A stretch of 63,173 nucleotides of DNA, the filler included, from Octopus bimaculoides (taxonomy: Eukaryota), in NCBI RefSeq assembly GCF_001194135.2. It is 7 parts of 7 records of this genome, joined end to end, with 100 filler letters (N's around TTAATTAATTAA, not from the genome) between each part and the next. Parts side by side here need not be neighbours in the genome. Positions count along the whole stretch, not along the records: positions 26,566 to 41,065 come from NC_068981.1; positions 41,166 to 48,576 come from NC_068986.1; positions 48,677 to 53,064 come from NC_069001.1; 4 more parts are not named here. The stretch is one strand, 5' to 3'. Position numbers and translations under genes: made by a program. Shown here in pieces: positions 39,272-52,719 of the stretch. The notes beneath the pieces are model-generated. The model saw only the letters and a program-made list of their open reading frames with translations. It ran no database searches and was not told where the DNA came from. Position 1 is the stretch's first letter; every line of letters starts with the position of its first letter.

Positions 39272-39731
39272 GTAAGCCGTTTAATTAGCAAATATATCTT
39301 CGATGAAAAATTGACAGTAATGGCATGTTTGCCTCATGTGCTCTTTCTTCTTATTCTTGATTCCTTTTTGCTATATTGTTTTTATTATTGACATAACTGT
39401 AAATATTAACGTGCGTCATTTAGACAAACGGGTGAGGTAATGATAACGCAAAAGAGAAAAATAGAAAGCTAGAAAGAAAAGGGAAGTGAAAGATTGAATA
39501 GATGTATGCAACAGAAGACAAAAGAAAAATATAGAAATTTTAAAAAAAGGGACGACAGGATGTTTGTAGGCGTGTGTCAGTGTATCTGGGAGAGAGTGCA
39601 TAAGATTTGTTGTCTTCTTTTTTCTTGGCGGTGGGGTGATTTTCATTCGTGTTTTATTTTTCATTAGGGTACCGTATCGTTGGTGTCTGTGTATGAATAG
39701 AGCAATATATATGAATGCATGTGTGTATGCA

Positions 39732-39780
<49 letters not shown>

Positions 39781-39915
39781 GTGTGTGTGTGTGTGTGTGT
39801 GTATGCATATATATGTATATTTGTATGTGTATATATATATATGTATGTGCATCTATATATATATGCATACATTCATACATATATATATATATATATTTAG
39901 AGAATTAACATTGCT

Positions 39916-39948
<33 letters not shown>

Positions 39949-39959
39949 GGGCTTTTTGC

Positions 39960-40260
39960 TGTCATTAGGCTCCTTATTTAAGCGATTCGAGATCTTTATC
40001 CTCCGTCTTATTAGGATTCTTCTATCACGGGGAATAATGTTCTTGTGTGTGGTGGCAGCTTTCTCCTCTAGGACACATTTTATTGCATATGGCTCGCATT
40101 ATAGACATGAATTCATTGAATTTCATGTCAGTGTCTTGCATGGACAGGCTTTTAAGCCAGTTTTGCTGGAGTATCTCTTTGTTTATGAACGTCCAATCAG
40201 CCATGAAGAAGTTCAGGTTGGCTAGCACTTGGTATCCAGCAGTGTTGAATGATTCTGTAT
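39960..40260 (-). mobile_element. LINE ORF2 linker relic (post-endonuclease region)
   Basis: LNFFMADWTFINKEILQQNWLKSLSMQDTDMKFNEFMSIMRAICNKMCP resembles the 'NFxKADW...W...F...I...P' linker of CR1/Jockey/I-type LINEs. Confidence 0.55.
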
Positions 40261-41379
40261 TTATAAATATAAATATACGTATATATGTATAAATATGTGT
40301 GTGTGTGATTATATATATATATATATATATATATACATACATGTTTAAACGTATATATGTATATATATGTTTATATGTATACATATATGAATGTATCTGC
40401 GTGTGCGTGTATAAATATATATATGTGTGGGGGTGTGTATGTGTGTGTACAAGCGTATATATGTATATACATGTGTGTGTGTGGCGGAGTGTGCATGCAT
40501 GTGTAAATGTGTATGTATGTGTAAGATGTATGACATGTTCGTATAGCACTCTATCTGTAATAGTAACAAATAAGAAAATTAGAAACGTAAAAGATCAAAA
40601 GTCAGAGTAAAATGTGGGAAAGTACAATAAAATGGGAAAATTTCTTCAGAGAACACGCGCACACTTTTGTATGAGCTATAGCGCAAGCTGCAGAACTGTG
40701 TAGTTTTATAAGTTTGTTTCACATGATTTCAGGGTCAGTTTTGTCGGGTACCCCTTGGACAAGTGTATATATATATATATATGAGTAAAAATAAATACCA
40801 AAAAAAAGGGTTTGTATGATCGTGTATAGAGGAATATATTATTTTATTTAAAAGAGTTCCAACTCTATCTGTTTTTTATGTTTTTTATTTATATTCTTGT
40901 AAAATTTATGTGGGATATAGTATGGAATATATAATATATAATATAAAAAAAGATGGATGGTACAATGAAATGAAGTATTGAATGTCTTATTGAATATATG
41001 GAATATGTCTTATTGAATATATGAAATATTGAGTGTTCAATATAAAGGATTAAATATATAAATATNNNNNNNNNNNNNNNNNNNNNNNNNNNNNNNNNNN
41101 NNNNNNNNNTTAATTAATTAANNNNNNNNNNNNNNNNNNNNNNNNNNNNNNNNNNNNNNNNNNNNAATGATTCTACCAGCCTTAATAATGATGATGATGG
41201 TGATGATGATGGTGGTGGTGGTGGTGGTGGTGATGATGATGATGCATAAAACCCAGTTTAGTACTGCTGCAGAAAACAGTGTTATTAGGGACAGCTAGGA
41301 TACTTACGAGGGTTCTTGGCATCTAAGCAGGGGTATAGCTAGGGTTAATGTCGCTCAGGGCAAGCATCAAAATTAAACA

Positions 41380-41650
41380 ATTTAAAACTTCCAATAGGGG
41401 AGGTGCTTTAAGGACTTCGTGGAAAAACCCACAAAAGCCACAGGTGCCTGAACAACAGGTGTTTACAGGTGCATGCTCAGAATTGGTCCTTTTACACTGG
41501 CCATTCTTCCAACATTCACCCACCATTCAACAAATTTTTTCTACAAGGCAATACTTCCCTCTCCACCAACAACTTCGTTTTCGAGTGAAACTTGCAAAAG
41601 TTGATGAGGGCTTGGCCAAAGAGGAAAGTGTCTGTCTTTAGCCCTTTAAT
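41380..41650 (-). mobile_element. L1/Tx1-like LINE 3' fragment, second copy
   Basis: KGLKTDTFLFGQALINFCKFHSKTKLLVEREVL, homologous to 13130-13470. Confidence 0.6.
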
Positions 41651-41669
41651 AATAATAATAATGATAATG

Positions 41670-42085
41670 GTTTCAAATTTTTGGTACATGACCAGCAAGT
41701 TCAGGAGAGAAGTAAGCCAATTACATTGATCCCGGTACACAACTAGTACTTATTTTATTGACCCTGAAAGGATGAAAGACAAAGTCAGTCTTGGCAGAAT
41801 TTGAACTCAAAGCGTATAGATGAATGAAACGCTGCTATGTATTTGATCCGGTGTGCTAACGATTCTTCCAATAATGGTTTGAAATCTGGGCACAAGGCCA
41901 GCAATTTCGGGAAGGGGGTAAGTCAATTATATCGACCCCAATGCTCAACTGGTACTTAATTTATCGACCCTGAAAAGGGATGAAATGCAAAGTCGACCTT
42001 CGTGGAATTTGATCTCAGAACGCAGAAATGGTTGAAATGCCATTAAGCATTTTACCTGGTGTGCTATCAATTCTAAACTCACTAC
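41670..42085 (-). mobile_element. Two adjacent family B SINE copies (-)
   Basis: Two successive copies of caaggccagcaa...tttatcgaccc...aaagtc...gaactc...ctaacgattc. Confidence 0.75.
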
Positions 42086-42961
42086 CTTGATGGTGGTGGC
42101 GACGACGGCAACAGTGATGATGATAACCTGTTGATTTCAACGTATGAGTGTTTGAAAGAAAGGATTAAAATTAAAAATAATAATTATTATTATTAAGGAT
42201 TAAAAATGAAAGAAGCTGCATCTATTTGCGATGGATACATGAATGCAATTCGAGTCCAGGTATGGATTTTGTCATTAGATCACAATGGGGATGATGATGA
42301 TGATGATGACGATCACTATGTTGATGACGACGACGATGAAACATTTTATACATTAAATATTTACGAACTTGTTCGATAGTAAAAGTTTTGACTGCCACAA
42401 ACTGCGTTGTTGTTGCTGCTGCTGCTGCTGTTGTTGTTGTTGTTGAGTTTCACCTTTGACCTTGTAATTAAACGTATTGCAACCTTGACCTTTCTGTTTA
42501 TTTTACTTTGTTAATTTTTTTTGTATGGTGTATCTAGGAGCACACACCATCTGGTGTCCCTTTTCTTGATTGATGAAGTCAGTCGGGGTGTTATTGAAGA
42601 GAGATTTGGTCGATATTTCTAGCATTTTGAATGACGACATACAGGCTCCTGGTACCGGTTGTGGTGGTGATAACTGTGGGGGACGGGTAGAGGTGGTTGT
42701 TGCATTGCGTTGGGTTTTCATTGGACAAAATCTAGCTGGCTTCTCATTAGTGTCACTCTGTATGATATTTCCTGCACTTCAGCCAAACGAGCTATTGGGG
42801 CCGTATTGACAAGCTTTCTATTTTTATATTTTAGGGATCAAATTTATTTTTTTTATTCCATTTTGTTTCTTGTTGTCATTTAATCTTTTTTTTAAGTTTT
42901 GCATTTTTTTTTTTGCCCCTCACACAACAAACTCTTCCTTTAAGAGCAGCTATTACTTAAT

Positions 42962-42994
<33 letters not shown>

Positions 42995-43202
42995 TTACTA
43001 CTACTACTAGTATGACTTACTGCTCTTGTTGTAGTCTAATGTTTTGTTTTGTTTTCTATCTTTATTCATTTCGTAATGGTCAAACCAATTACAGTATTTG
43101 CTTATTGGGAGTTGTTCGTGTGTGTGTGTCTTTGCTGTTAGTGTTTAGTTTATTAAAAGTGCAGCATTGCCCCGACTCAACATCCGTTTCTCGTTGTTAT
43201 TA

Positions 43203-43720
43203 AGGCGGTGGTGAGCTGGCAGAATTGTTCATTAAGTACCCGGGAGACAAATGCTTAGCGGTATTTCGCCGGTTTTGTAACGTTCTGAGTTCAAATTCCG
43301 ACGTGAACGACTTCACTTACGGGGTCGATAAAACAGTACTCGTTGAGCACTGGGGGTCGATGTAATCGACTAGTTCTCTCTCCCACACAATTCCAGGCCT
43401 TGTGCCTATTATAGAAAGGATCGTTATAATTCTGCTAAAGATGGCCCGAGCGAACGGGCCTGCTCTATCATCATCATCATCATTATTATTATTATTATTA
43501 TTATTAAGGCGGCGAACTGGCAGAATCGTTTGCGCTCTGGACAAAATGCTTAGCGGTATTTCATCCGTCTTTGCGTTCTGAGTTTGAATTCCGCCGAGGT
43601 CGACTTCGCCTTTCATCCTTTCGGGGTTAATGAATTAAGTAACAGTGAAACACTGGGGTCGATATAATCGACTAGTCTCCACCCCACAAATTTGAAGCCT
43701 TGTGCCTGTAGTAGAAGGGG
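43203..43720 (+). mobile_element. Two adjacent family B SINE copies (+; ~43203-43415 and ~43507-43720)
   Basis: Both start ggcgg...gctggcagaat and end ggccttgtgcct...tagaaagg. Confidence 0.8.
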
Positions 43721-43799
43721 TTATTATCATCATCATCATCATTATCATCATCGTCGTCGTCGTCTCTTGTTAGCTACTTCTCTTAAGCGTCAGCCAGTG

Positions 43800-44040
43800 A
43801 GAAGAGGAAGTTATACTAATAGTGGAATAAAGACCAATTCTGAGGAGTGGAGGAAACTTGTTGAATCCACTTTCAAAGAGCTGCTCCACACAATTATAGA
43901 TATCAAAAGATTTTTTAGAAGTGGCACTCAACCAATATGCTTAGAATGTCTTCGTAAGAAACTTGCCACAGCCATTTATGGAGAGGAGAAAATGCTCGTA
44001 GTGCTGTTGACTTGAATAACAATCCTTTCTGCATGTAAAT
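43800..44040 (+). mobile_element. Possible Penelope-like GIY-YIG C-terminal relic
   Basis: RSGTQPICLECLRKKLATAIYGEEKML...ILSACK weakly resembles the PLE C-terminus (CxLCLxEKxxI...MLN...ISxCRH). Weak, recall-based. Confidence 0.3.
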
Positions 44041-45846
44041 AATCTTCTCTTATCTCCATCCTCTTGTCTTGTTATGTATGTGTTCTATTATAACCACTTA
44101 AGCTTCGTTACAGTTTTGTTGGTATTAACTTGTGCAGTCTACTATAGCAAGCCACTGATGGGACGGAACGTAACTACCTCCTACACATTTTTTCTTATCA
44201 ATATCCATTCTTAATACACTGACATTTTAGTATAAAAATGCTGTTGAAATTTCAATGATTTTTACCAACTCATACTTTGTGTGTTTGTTTGTTGCTGTTT
44301 TTTTTTTAGCCTCAGGTCATCCTTGATTGAATATACCTGTGATCAAAGGCAATCCAGCAAAAGACCGTCTCGTTATTTTAATGCTATGTGGGTCTACCAT
44401 AATCTAAGGCCTCATGGAAGGAAGTTTTGCTATTTCTGTCAGTTTGACCTACCACATAACGACTCGCTCATTAATTCGTGTATGTGTGTGAGAAAGAGAG
44501 AGAAGGGAGGCATTGATTGTGCATTCATCCCCCCCCCCATCTCTTTGCATCATTTCTTCTCTGCTTTTCCTTGATGAAGGAGAACTGTCCGAAATGTTAA
44601 CTGCTCCTTGCTTTCTGTTTGTTCCTTACAACAATAAACTATTACTATATACTATATAATCTTTGTGTGTTTATCGTGAAGCTGGAACTAAGCACTGACC
44701 TTTTAAACAACTCGCGGTTGCTTGGAAAGCGATTCGTTTTACACACTGAGTCTTTTATGAGAACAGGATGTGGACTGGCGCTTGTGCTTTTCTGTAGGGC
44801 GTCTGCAATAACACAAACCTCACATATAGTGAGGAAATATAGTCAATACTGGTACTTACGTTCAAATCTTTAAGTTCAAATCCCATTGAGATGAAGTTTG
44901 ATTTTCATCCTTCTGGGGCCGATAAAATAAAGTACCAATCAAGTTCGGGGGTCGGTGACATTGCTTAACATCTATTTACAAAAAAATAATAATAAATAAT
45001 GGCCTTGTGCATAAATCTAAGACTATTATTGAGCTGTTTCTCAAATGTTGACTAAATCGTGCTGGACACCAAAATGTTTTCCGTTAGAAAACATAAATAC
45101 GGACAGAATGCAAATGATATTTAAATACACTGCATTCTCGGATAACAAAGCAAGGAATCAGTATTTATTCTTTTGAAATGGATACTTACTTTAAAAAGAA
45201 GAAAAAGTAACTCCTACCGAAAGTTAACGAGAGGTGGGGAAATCATAGACAAGAAGAATGAAATAGCGATTCCTTTTTTTTGTGCGGTAATGAAATTTGA
45301 GAGTTGGTTAATGTAAAAGGAAATTGTGGCGGCCATGCCTTAATTACTAGGATTGACGTAAGTCTAATCACGAACTTAAGTGTGTGTCCCTACACAGTCG
45401 CTTGACCCGAAAGAAAGGATAGACGTCAGTGATTAGTTGAAATTATCGAAATAAGACAATTTTTAACGTGAAATAACTTCGAATAAAAAATTTATTAGCT
45501 GTTCTATACCACAAAATATACAAGTATACGAAGTTTGAAAGTGTTTCGGTACCAAAACACTACATAAAAAAATGTTGCCCGTCAAATCACAAAGGTCCGA
45601 AAGAAATAACAATCAAATAAGTGATATATCGTGTAGGCGCGCAGCCTAATAATTAGGGTGTTGCACTCACGATCGTAAGATCGTAGTTTCGTTTCCCGGG
45701 CCGGGCGGTGCATTATGTTCTTGAGCAAAACACTTCATTTCACAATGCTCCAGTTCACTTAGCTGTAACTGATATTAACCCTGTGACGGACCGGCGTCCC
45801 GTTCAGGGAGGGCAGAGGTCTCTTGTAATTTCAGTTTCTTATATGC

Positions 45847-46132
45847 CAGTACGTCTCAACGATCTAATGTGACGTACCGGCAGTTTTTTTTCTCCAATGT
45901 TCCAGGGACCTGTAATATTTCTTAGTAATATTAATTTATACCGGAAACAATATATATAACGAATATAATAAAAGTTGACAATTTTTTTTTATCTTATATT
46001 TATTCTGTAAACAAATAATACAATATTACATAAGCATTTTATAATGTTTCTTTCTTTTCTGGAAACTCGCCACGTACCGGCAGCTGATGGCTCGCAGACC
46101 GGCACCACGGACCACCACTTTGAGTAGCACTG
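45847..46132. mobile_element. hAT-like non-autonomous element
   Basis: Imperfect TIRs cagtacgtctcaa and ttgagtagcactg. An 8-bp direct repeat ATATGCCA lies at 45841-45848 (overlapping the left TIR) and 46133-46140. Confidence 0.5.
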
Positions 46133-47299
46133 ATATGCCATAAAAAACCAGGTACCTGACTTCATGAGGCATTAATACTCAGGGGACTATTTTTTATTAG
46201 ATGCATTACACTCCACTACTGTTTTAAACAATGAAGAGCGTGTTAAGGTAATCCGAGATTCACATCAACGCTGGATTGTTGTTATAGGTCGAACTCCTTT
46301 GATCAGTGTGTTGGTTCGATCAGTGTATAACTTGGGAGCTGAGCAGCGACAACAACATAAATTTTTAAACGGTTGAGAATTGAACTCATAACGTTGAGTG
46401 AACTTCCAGTTAATATGTAATGAAACACTTAATCCAACACCACGCCGTTTTTGTTATTCCAGTTGACTTCTGCTACCACTAACAACGTATCTCTGTTCTA
46501 ATACAATGGATTCGATATTTACAAGAGAGGAAAAGATGAACGTGCGTGAGGGTGATTGAATTATTTTCTAATGATATTTCATTAACGGTGTGAGAGAGAT
46601 GGATTGACCGCAATTGGAAATCGAAACCCGGTCGAAGATTAGGCACGTGGAAACTCGCTACCACATCGGTAGAGGAGCCAGTGAAATAGCCTTTCTATTT
46701 AGCCATTCAATCTACTTGAGATGGCAGTCAAATCTTTAAAACTAATGCGATCGTAAACATTAGTACAAACTGAGGTAATCTTTTTCGAGATGCGGGCCGC
46801 ACTATCAAAAATATTTCGAGGTCATTCAGAAAGTCCCGTGGGCCGCACGTTGTCCATTCTATAACTGCATTAGTATAATGTTAATAGTACTAGAAATAGC
46901 AGCCAAATCTTCAAGACCAGTGCCATCGTCGTTAAACGAGTATAATGTTGTTAACGAGTAAGATACACTGATATACACGACGAGATGGGTCCGACACGGT
47001 CAGAGCTGGCTTTGTGCTAAACAACAAAGACTGAATATTTTTTTTTTAAACCTAAAATCCGTTTAGGTGACATCTAACTACGATCGCGTATGCTTTTCCG
47101 CATTGTTAGAAAATTATCGATAAACTTCGAACACCAAACAAGATCATATATTTTATTTCATTATATCAATATAAGCTAAAAAAAAAATCTATTAAAATAG
47201 CTGCGGACATTGCGTTTTTAAGGTTAAATCGACTTTTTACACAATTCTCTTCTACAGCCCCTTTTCACTCACACACACAGACTGTTCTTCATCATAGGC

Positions 47300-47670
47300 C
47301 TGTTTCAGTCATTGGACTGCGGCCAAGCTGGGGCACTCCTTTGAAGGATTTTCGAACGGATCGACCCCGATACTTTTTTGTTTTTTTAAAACCTGCTCCT
47401 TACTTATTCTAGCCGTCGCTTTTTGCCGAACCACTAAGTTATGGAAACATAAACAAACCAGCACCAGTTGTCAAGCGATGGTAGGGGGACAAGAACAGCG
47501 ACACACACGCAACGGGCTTCTTTCAGTTTCCGTCTACCAAATCCACTCACAAGGCTTTGGTCAGCCCGAGGCTATAGTAGAAGACACCCAAGGTGCCACG
47601 CAATGGTACTGAACCCGGAACCATGTGGTAGGGAAACACGTTTCTTTCCACACAGCCACGCCTCCGCCTA
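47300..47670 (-). mobile_element. Family A SINE
   Basis: Collinear with 655-1041. Confidence 0.85.
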
Positions 47671-48676
47671 TGTTGTATTTTAATCTATTTTATTTAAGTC
47701 ACTCATATTTTCTTCCTCTTTCTCTCTCTCCATCATTTTTTAATTTTAGTTTTTCATACTTTCCAGCCATGTGACTGCGGTCATGCTGGAGCATCACCCG
47801 TATGATCTTCATTTATTAACGTTATCGTTCTATCCCTCCCCCTTCTCCCTCTCTTTCCCCGCACGCACTCGTCTTCCCCGCGGGTAAAAACGATGTAGGC
47901 GTGCTGAAAGTTATTTTTTTTCTTCCTTCACAAACCAAGGGAGGTAATACCATAACAATTACACCACACCTAATCTAAATAGCCGCACTTGGTGGAGATT
48001 CAATTTATTTCATTTTATTATATTTTATTTTATTTTATTGATTTTCTTGTGGCAGTAATTAACGCACGCGCTTCTACCTCACTGTTTTCCATCCTTGCGT
48101 GTTTCTTTATCTATTTTCATTTTATTTTTCACATCTTTTCCAGCTCTTTTCTCGTCTGTTTTTATTTCACTTTCTTTTTCTTTAGTTTAAACAATTTTTA
48201 TGTTTCTCGTTCTCTTAAATTTCTTAATCCTGTCTCTTATTTTCTTTTCTTCTCTGCCCCCCCCCTTTTCTTCTTCTTAATATTCATCTTTTAAATCTCT
48301 TTCTTACCTAATCAATCTGTCTATCTCAGCCTCTCCGGCTGCCAATCTGTCTATCGAGCTGTCTGCTTATCTTTAACCGTCTGGCTGTCTATCTCCCCCA
48401 TCTGTCCGTCTATTTTTTCAGACTATCTATCTATCTATCTTTCTTTCTGTCGCTACCTAACCCCGTCTTATTTTTCTGTCTTTCTCTCTATATGTATGTA
48501 TGATATATATGTAGATACCTATGTTCGTTATTTCCTTACACCTATCTACAAATGCTTGTCTATATCAAAACACACANNNNNNNNNNNNNNNNNNNNNNNN
48601 NNNNNNNNNNNNNNNNNNNNTTAATTAATTAANNNNNNNNNNNNNNNNNNNNNNNNNNNNNNNNNNNNNNNNNNNN

Positions 48677-50250
48677 TAATTGCTGAGTCACTATCAGAAC
48701 TAGAAGAGAAGTTTCAGGTGTGGAAGCAAGGACTAGAGTCGAAGGGCCTTAGAGTCAACCTAGCTAAAACCAAAGTCCTAATAAGTAGGAAGGTAGACAA
48801 AACACAAACCCCTTCAGGTAGATGGCCCTGCTCAATCTGTAGAAAAGGAGTAGGTAGAAACTCCATAAGATGTACCCAGTGTAAGCTATGGACACATAAG
48901 AGGTGCAGCAATATCAAAGGACGGCTAACTAGCAAGATAGTTTTTGTATGTGGCAGATGCTCAGGAGCAATAAACACGGAGAATGTGTAGAAAACAACCT
49001 TTACCACACTCCAGGGTGAAAAACTAGAAGTAGTTGATAGCTTTTGCTACCTAGGTGACCAAATTTGTAGCGGGTGAGGGTGCACTGAAAGTGTAGCTGC
49101 TAGAATAAGAATAGCCTGAGCAAAGTTTAGAGAGCTCTTACCTCTGCTGGTGACAAAGGGCCTCTTACTCAGAGTAAAAGGCAGACTGTATGACGCATGT
49201 GTATGAACAGCCATGCTACATGGCAGTGAAACATGGGCCGTGACTGCTGAGGACATGCGTAAGCTTGCAAGGAACGAAGCCAGTATGCTCCGATCGATGA
49301 GTAATGTCAGTGCTAATACTCAACAGAGTGTAAGTGGCTTGAGAGATAAGTTGGACCTAAGGAGCATCAGATGTGGTGTGCAAGAGGGACGACTGCACTG
49401 ATATGGTCATGTGGCAAGAACGGATGAGGATAGCTGTGTGAAAAAGTGCCACACCCTAGTAGTTGAGGAAACCTGTGGAAGAGGTAGACCCAGGAAGGCC
49501 TGGGATGAGGTGGTGAAGCACGGCCTCCGAACTTTAGGCCTCACCGAGGCAATGACCAGTGACCGGGACCTTTGGAAATATACAGTACGTGAGAAGACCC
49601 GGCAAGGCAAGTGAGAGCATAATCTGTGATCTCTGTCAGAAGAGTAGCCAGCTCACTAATTCGTAACTTTACTTCATTGGACACTAAAAACCCTGATTGC
49701 GAAGACCTGTTGAGGCAAGTGAATTTGGAATTTGGAATTTGAAATCTGTTGGGGCAAGTGAAATCGTAATTGAACCATACTCGATGACTGGCACCATACC
49801 AGTGGAGCACCAACAACACTGTTGAGCATGTTCATTGTCAGAGCAGCTGTCTGGCTTCCATGCTAGTGGCTCGTAAATAGCACCATTTGAGCGTAATCAT
49901 TACCAGCGTTGCCTTCTAGCACTTGTACTGGTAGCACGTTAGAAAACCATTTGAGCGAGGTCGTTGCCAGTGCCGCTGGACTGGCTTCCATGCAAGTGGC
50001 ACGTAAAAAACACCTTTTTGAGCATGGCTGTTGCCAGTATCATGTGGCTGGTCCTCGTGCCGGTGGAACGCAAAAGCACCCACTACACTCTCGGAGTGGT
50101 TGGCGTTAGGAAGGGCATCCAGCTGTAGTAACTCTGCCAGATCAGATTGGAGCCTGGTGCAGCCTTCTGGCTTGCCTGTCCTCAGTCAAATCTTCCAACC
50201 CATGCTAGCATGGAAAGCAGACGTTAAACGATTGATGATGATGATGATGA
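48677..50250 (+). mobile_element. RTE-clade LINE, 3' ~1.6 kb including 3'UTR and (TGA)n tail
   Basis: GLRVNLAKTKV, LEVVDSFCYLG, MLHGSETW and GRGRPRKAW with in-frame stops. It ends gacgttaaacg-attgatgatgatg. The 5' end is lost in a gap. Confidence 0.92.
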
Positions 50251-50888
50251 TATATATGTGTATGTATGTGTGTGTATGAATGCATGTCTGTATGTATGTA
50301 TTTTTATGGTTTATATATATATACACACACGCACACATAGATGATGATGATGTATGTATGTATGTATGTATGTATGTATGTATGTATGTATGTTTGTATG
50401 TATATAGGCATAATAAACCTAAACAGGTTTTGTCAGTTATTTCTGGTGAGAACCTAGATGTAGGTTTATGTTAATTACAGCTGGTTCTCATAACCTCTTT
50501 CCATGTAATAAAAACCTGACTATTTAATAAAATAAATAAAAAAAACATTAATTAAGCATAAACTTAACACTAATTATACATAAAGTTAATAAGAGAGAGA
50601 GCGAGCGTGTGTGTGTGCATGTGAGTGCATGTGTGTGAGTGCGTGTGTGTTTGTGTGTGCAAGTGTGTGGTCACTTGACCTGCTAGACATAGGAGCCAAA
50701 TCTCTGTGAAATCACTCTTTATTGCAGTGGTTCTTTGATAACTTTGATTTTGTGACACTCAGGAGATTCAAAATAATAATGATGATGGTTTCAAGTTTTG
50801 GCACAAAGCCAGCAATTTTGAGGAAAGGGTGCAAGTTGATTACACTGATTCCAGTACTTGACTGGTACTTGATTTTATCGGTTCATGA

Positions 50889-51058
50889 CAGTGGCATGTA
50901 TAGTGAGAGTGGATGATACCCTGAGCATCTCTTAAGTTTGCCCTGCCACCATCCCTGGCGCCCCAAGATTTTACAGGCTAATACAGCTGACCTAAAAGTG
51001 CCTCCCCTATAAAAGTGTCACTCAGGGTGGGCACCCCCATATCCCAGCTATGCTACTG
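50889..51058. mobile_element. 170-bp MITE-like insert within a family B SINE (-)
   Basis: Ends cagtggcatg...tag and ctatgctactg are imperfect TIRs. The SINE sequence resumes on both sides, but the TSD is unclear. Confidence 0.4.
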
Positions 51059-51460
51059 GCCATGAAGGGATAAAATGCAAAGTTGGACTCAGAGGAAATT
51101 GAATTTACAATGTAACAACAACCTTACTTATACAAGCGAATGAGGGGAAGACTTCTCGGCTTTCGTGCTACTGGTTAGAAATAGCAACCAAATCATTATC
51201 AAATCACATCCTACTGTCTTATAAAAGAATGAATGAAGGACACATTTGATAATGCCCTGAATATATTATGTGGAGAATGTATGTGAGTGTGTGTGTGTTT
51301 GCATGTGTGTGTGTGTGTGTGTTTGCATGTGTGTGTGTGTGTATACACTGCTAAGCATAATTTTAGGTGCAGGCAAGGCTGTGTGATAAGAAGTTTGCTT
51401 CCTAACTACATGGTTCTGGGTTCAACCCTACTGTGTAGCACCTTGAGAAGGGGTCTTCTA

Positions 51461-52229
51461 TTAGGTTGTCAAGAAAGTTCTTGTGGAGTTTTAAATTTTT
51501 GTTTTAAATGATGTATTTTTAAATTAATTTTCATTAAATTACTTTAACTTTATAAATCATTTTAAAGCCCATTTTTCGCTCTATCTAATCGTGTTGCTCA
51601 TTTTCTTTTTGAATAATTAGGCCATTTTTTCTGGAATGTTCAACATGGACAAAAAGCAAATTTGCACAATTTTCTTATTCTAGTTCAAACTAGACCGAAA
51701 AGCTGCTGAAACATCTTGCGAAATCAACGATGTGTTTGGCCCAGGAACCACTAATGAACGTACAGCACAATGGTAGTTCAAAAAATTTCATAGTGGTGAT
51801 GAGTCTTGAAGACGATAAGCTTAGTGGTTGGCCATTGGATGTTAACAATGATCAACTAAGAGCCTTACTGGAAGCCAATCCATGCACAACTGTTCAAGAG
51901 CTTGCTTCTGAATTAGACGTAATGTATACAACAATATGCAACCACTTGAAAGAGATTGGAAAACTAAAATACTTCAGAAATGGATGCCACACGAATTGAA
52001 CGACAACAAAAAAACACACCGTTTTGAAGTGTCATCTTCCCTTCAACGACTTCATCGCCACCAGAACACAGGATTTTTACACTACTGGCATAAATAAACT
52101 TGTTTTGCATTGGCAAAAGTGTGTTGATTCTGATGGTGTTTATTTCGATTAATAAAGTTTTGTTTGAGCCGAGATATATGCATCTGAATTTAAAGGTTAA
52201 AAACCACAAGAACTTTCTTGACAACCTAA
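51461..52229 (+). mobile_element. Internally deleted mariner (769 bp) with both TIRs and a TA TSD, inserted in a family A SINE
   Basis: ttaggttgtcaagaaagttcttgtgg ... ccacaagaactttcttgacaacctaa. It encodes MDKKQICTIFLF*FKLDRKAAET...TAQW*FKKF and lacks the catalytic core. Confidence 0.95.
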
Positions 52230-52530
52230 TACTATAGCCTTGGGTCAACCAAGATGGATTTGGTAGACAGAAACTGAAATAAACTGTTGTGTGTGTGTGT
52301 GTGCCTTTGTGTCTATGTTTGTCCCCCACTGCTGCTTGACAACTGACGTTCATTGGTTTACATCCCTATAACTTAGCAGTTCAACAGAAGAACTGATAGA
52401 ATAAGTACCAGGCTTTACAGAAACAGAGAAGAATGATAAGTACTGGGGTCAATTTGTTTGTCTAAGATTCTTCAAGGAGGTGCCCCTGTATAGCCACAGT
52501 CTAATGACTGAAACAAGTAAAAGACAAAAG

Positions 52531-52569
<39 letters not shown>

Positions 52570-52719
52570 CATAGTAAACTATGTAATCGTTACCAATGTA
52601 GCAGGAGATTTCACCACAAAAAAATCTAAATTAGACTCCTTAGGGATCGTTCTCCTTGTTTATATATCAAAAGTTTTGATATGGATATTAGCGTCAAATC
52701 TCTCTCATATATATATATA

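Noticed and set aside
39956-40225. ORF containing GSLFKR as a possible integrin tail
   Set aside because: It is the antisense of a LINE relic and is not at a phase-0 acceptor.
44571-44612. TTGATGA-A-GGA..TCC-GAAA-TGTT degenerate hammerhead
   Set aside because: C3 is mutated and stem I cannot be formed. At most a dead relic.
44798-44842. Strong acceptor giving GVCNNTNLTYSEEI* as an integrin last exon
   Set aside because: No GFFKR-like motif, and it lies beyond a scaffold join.
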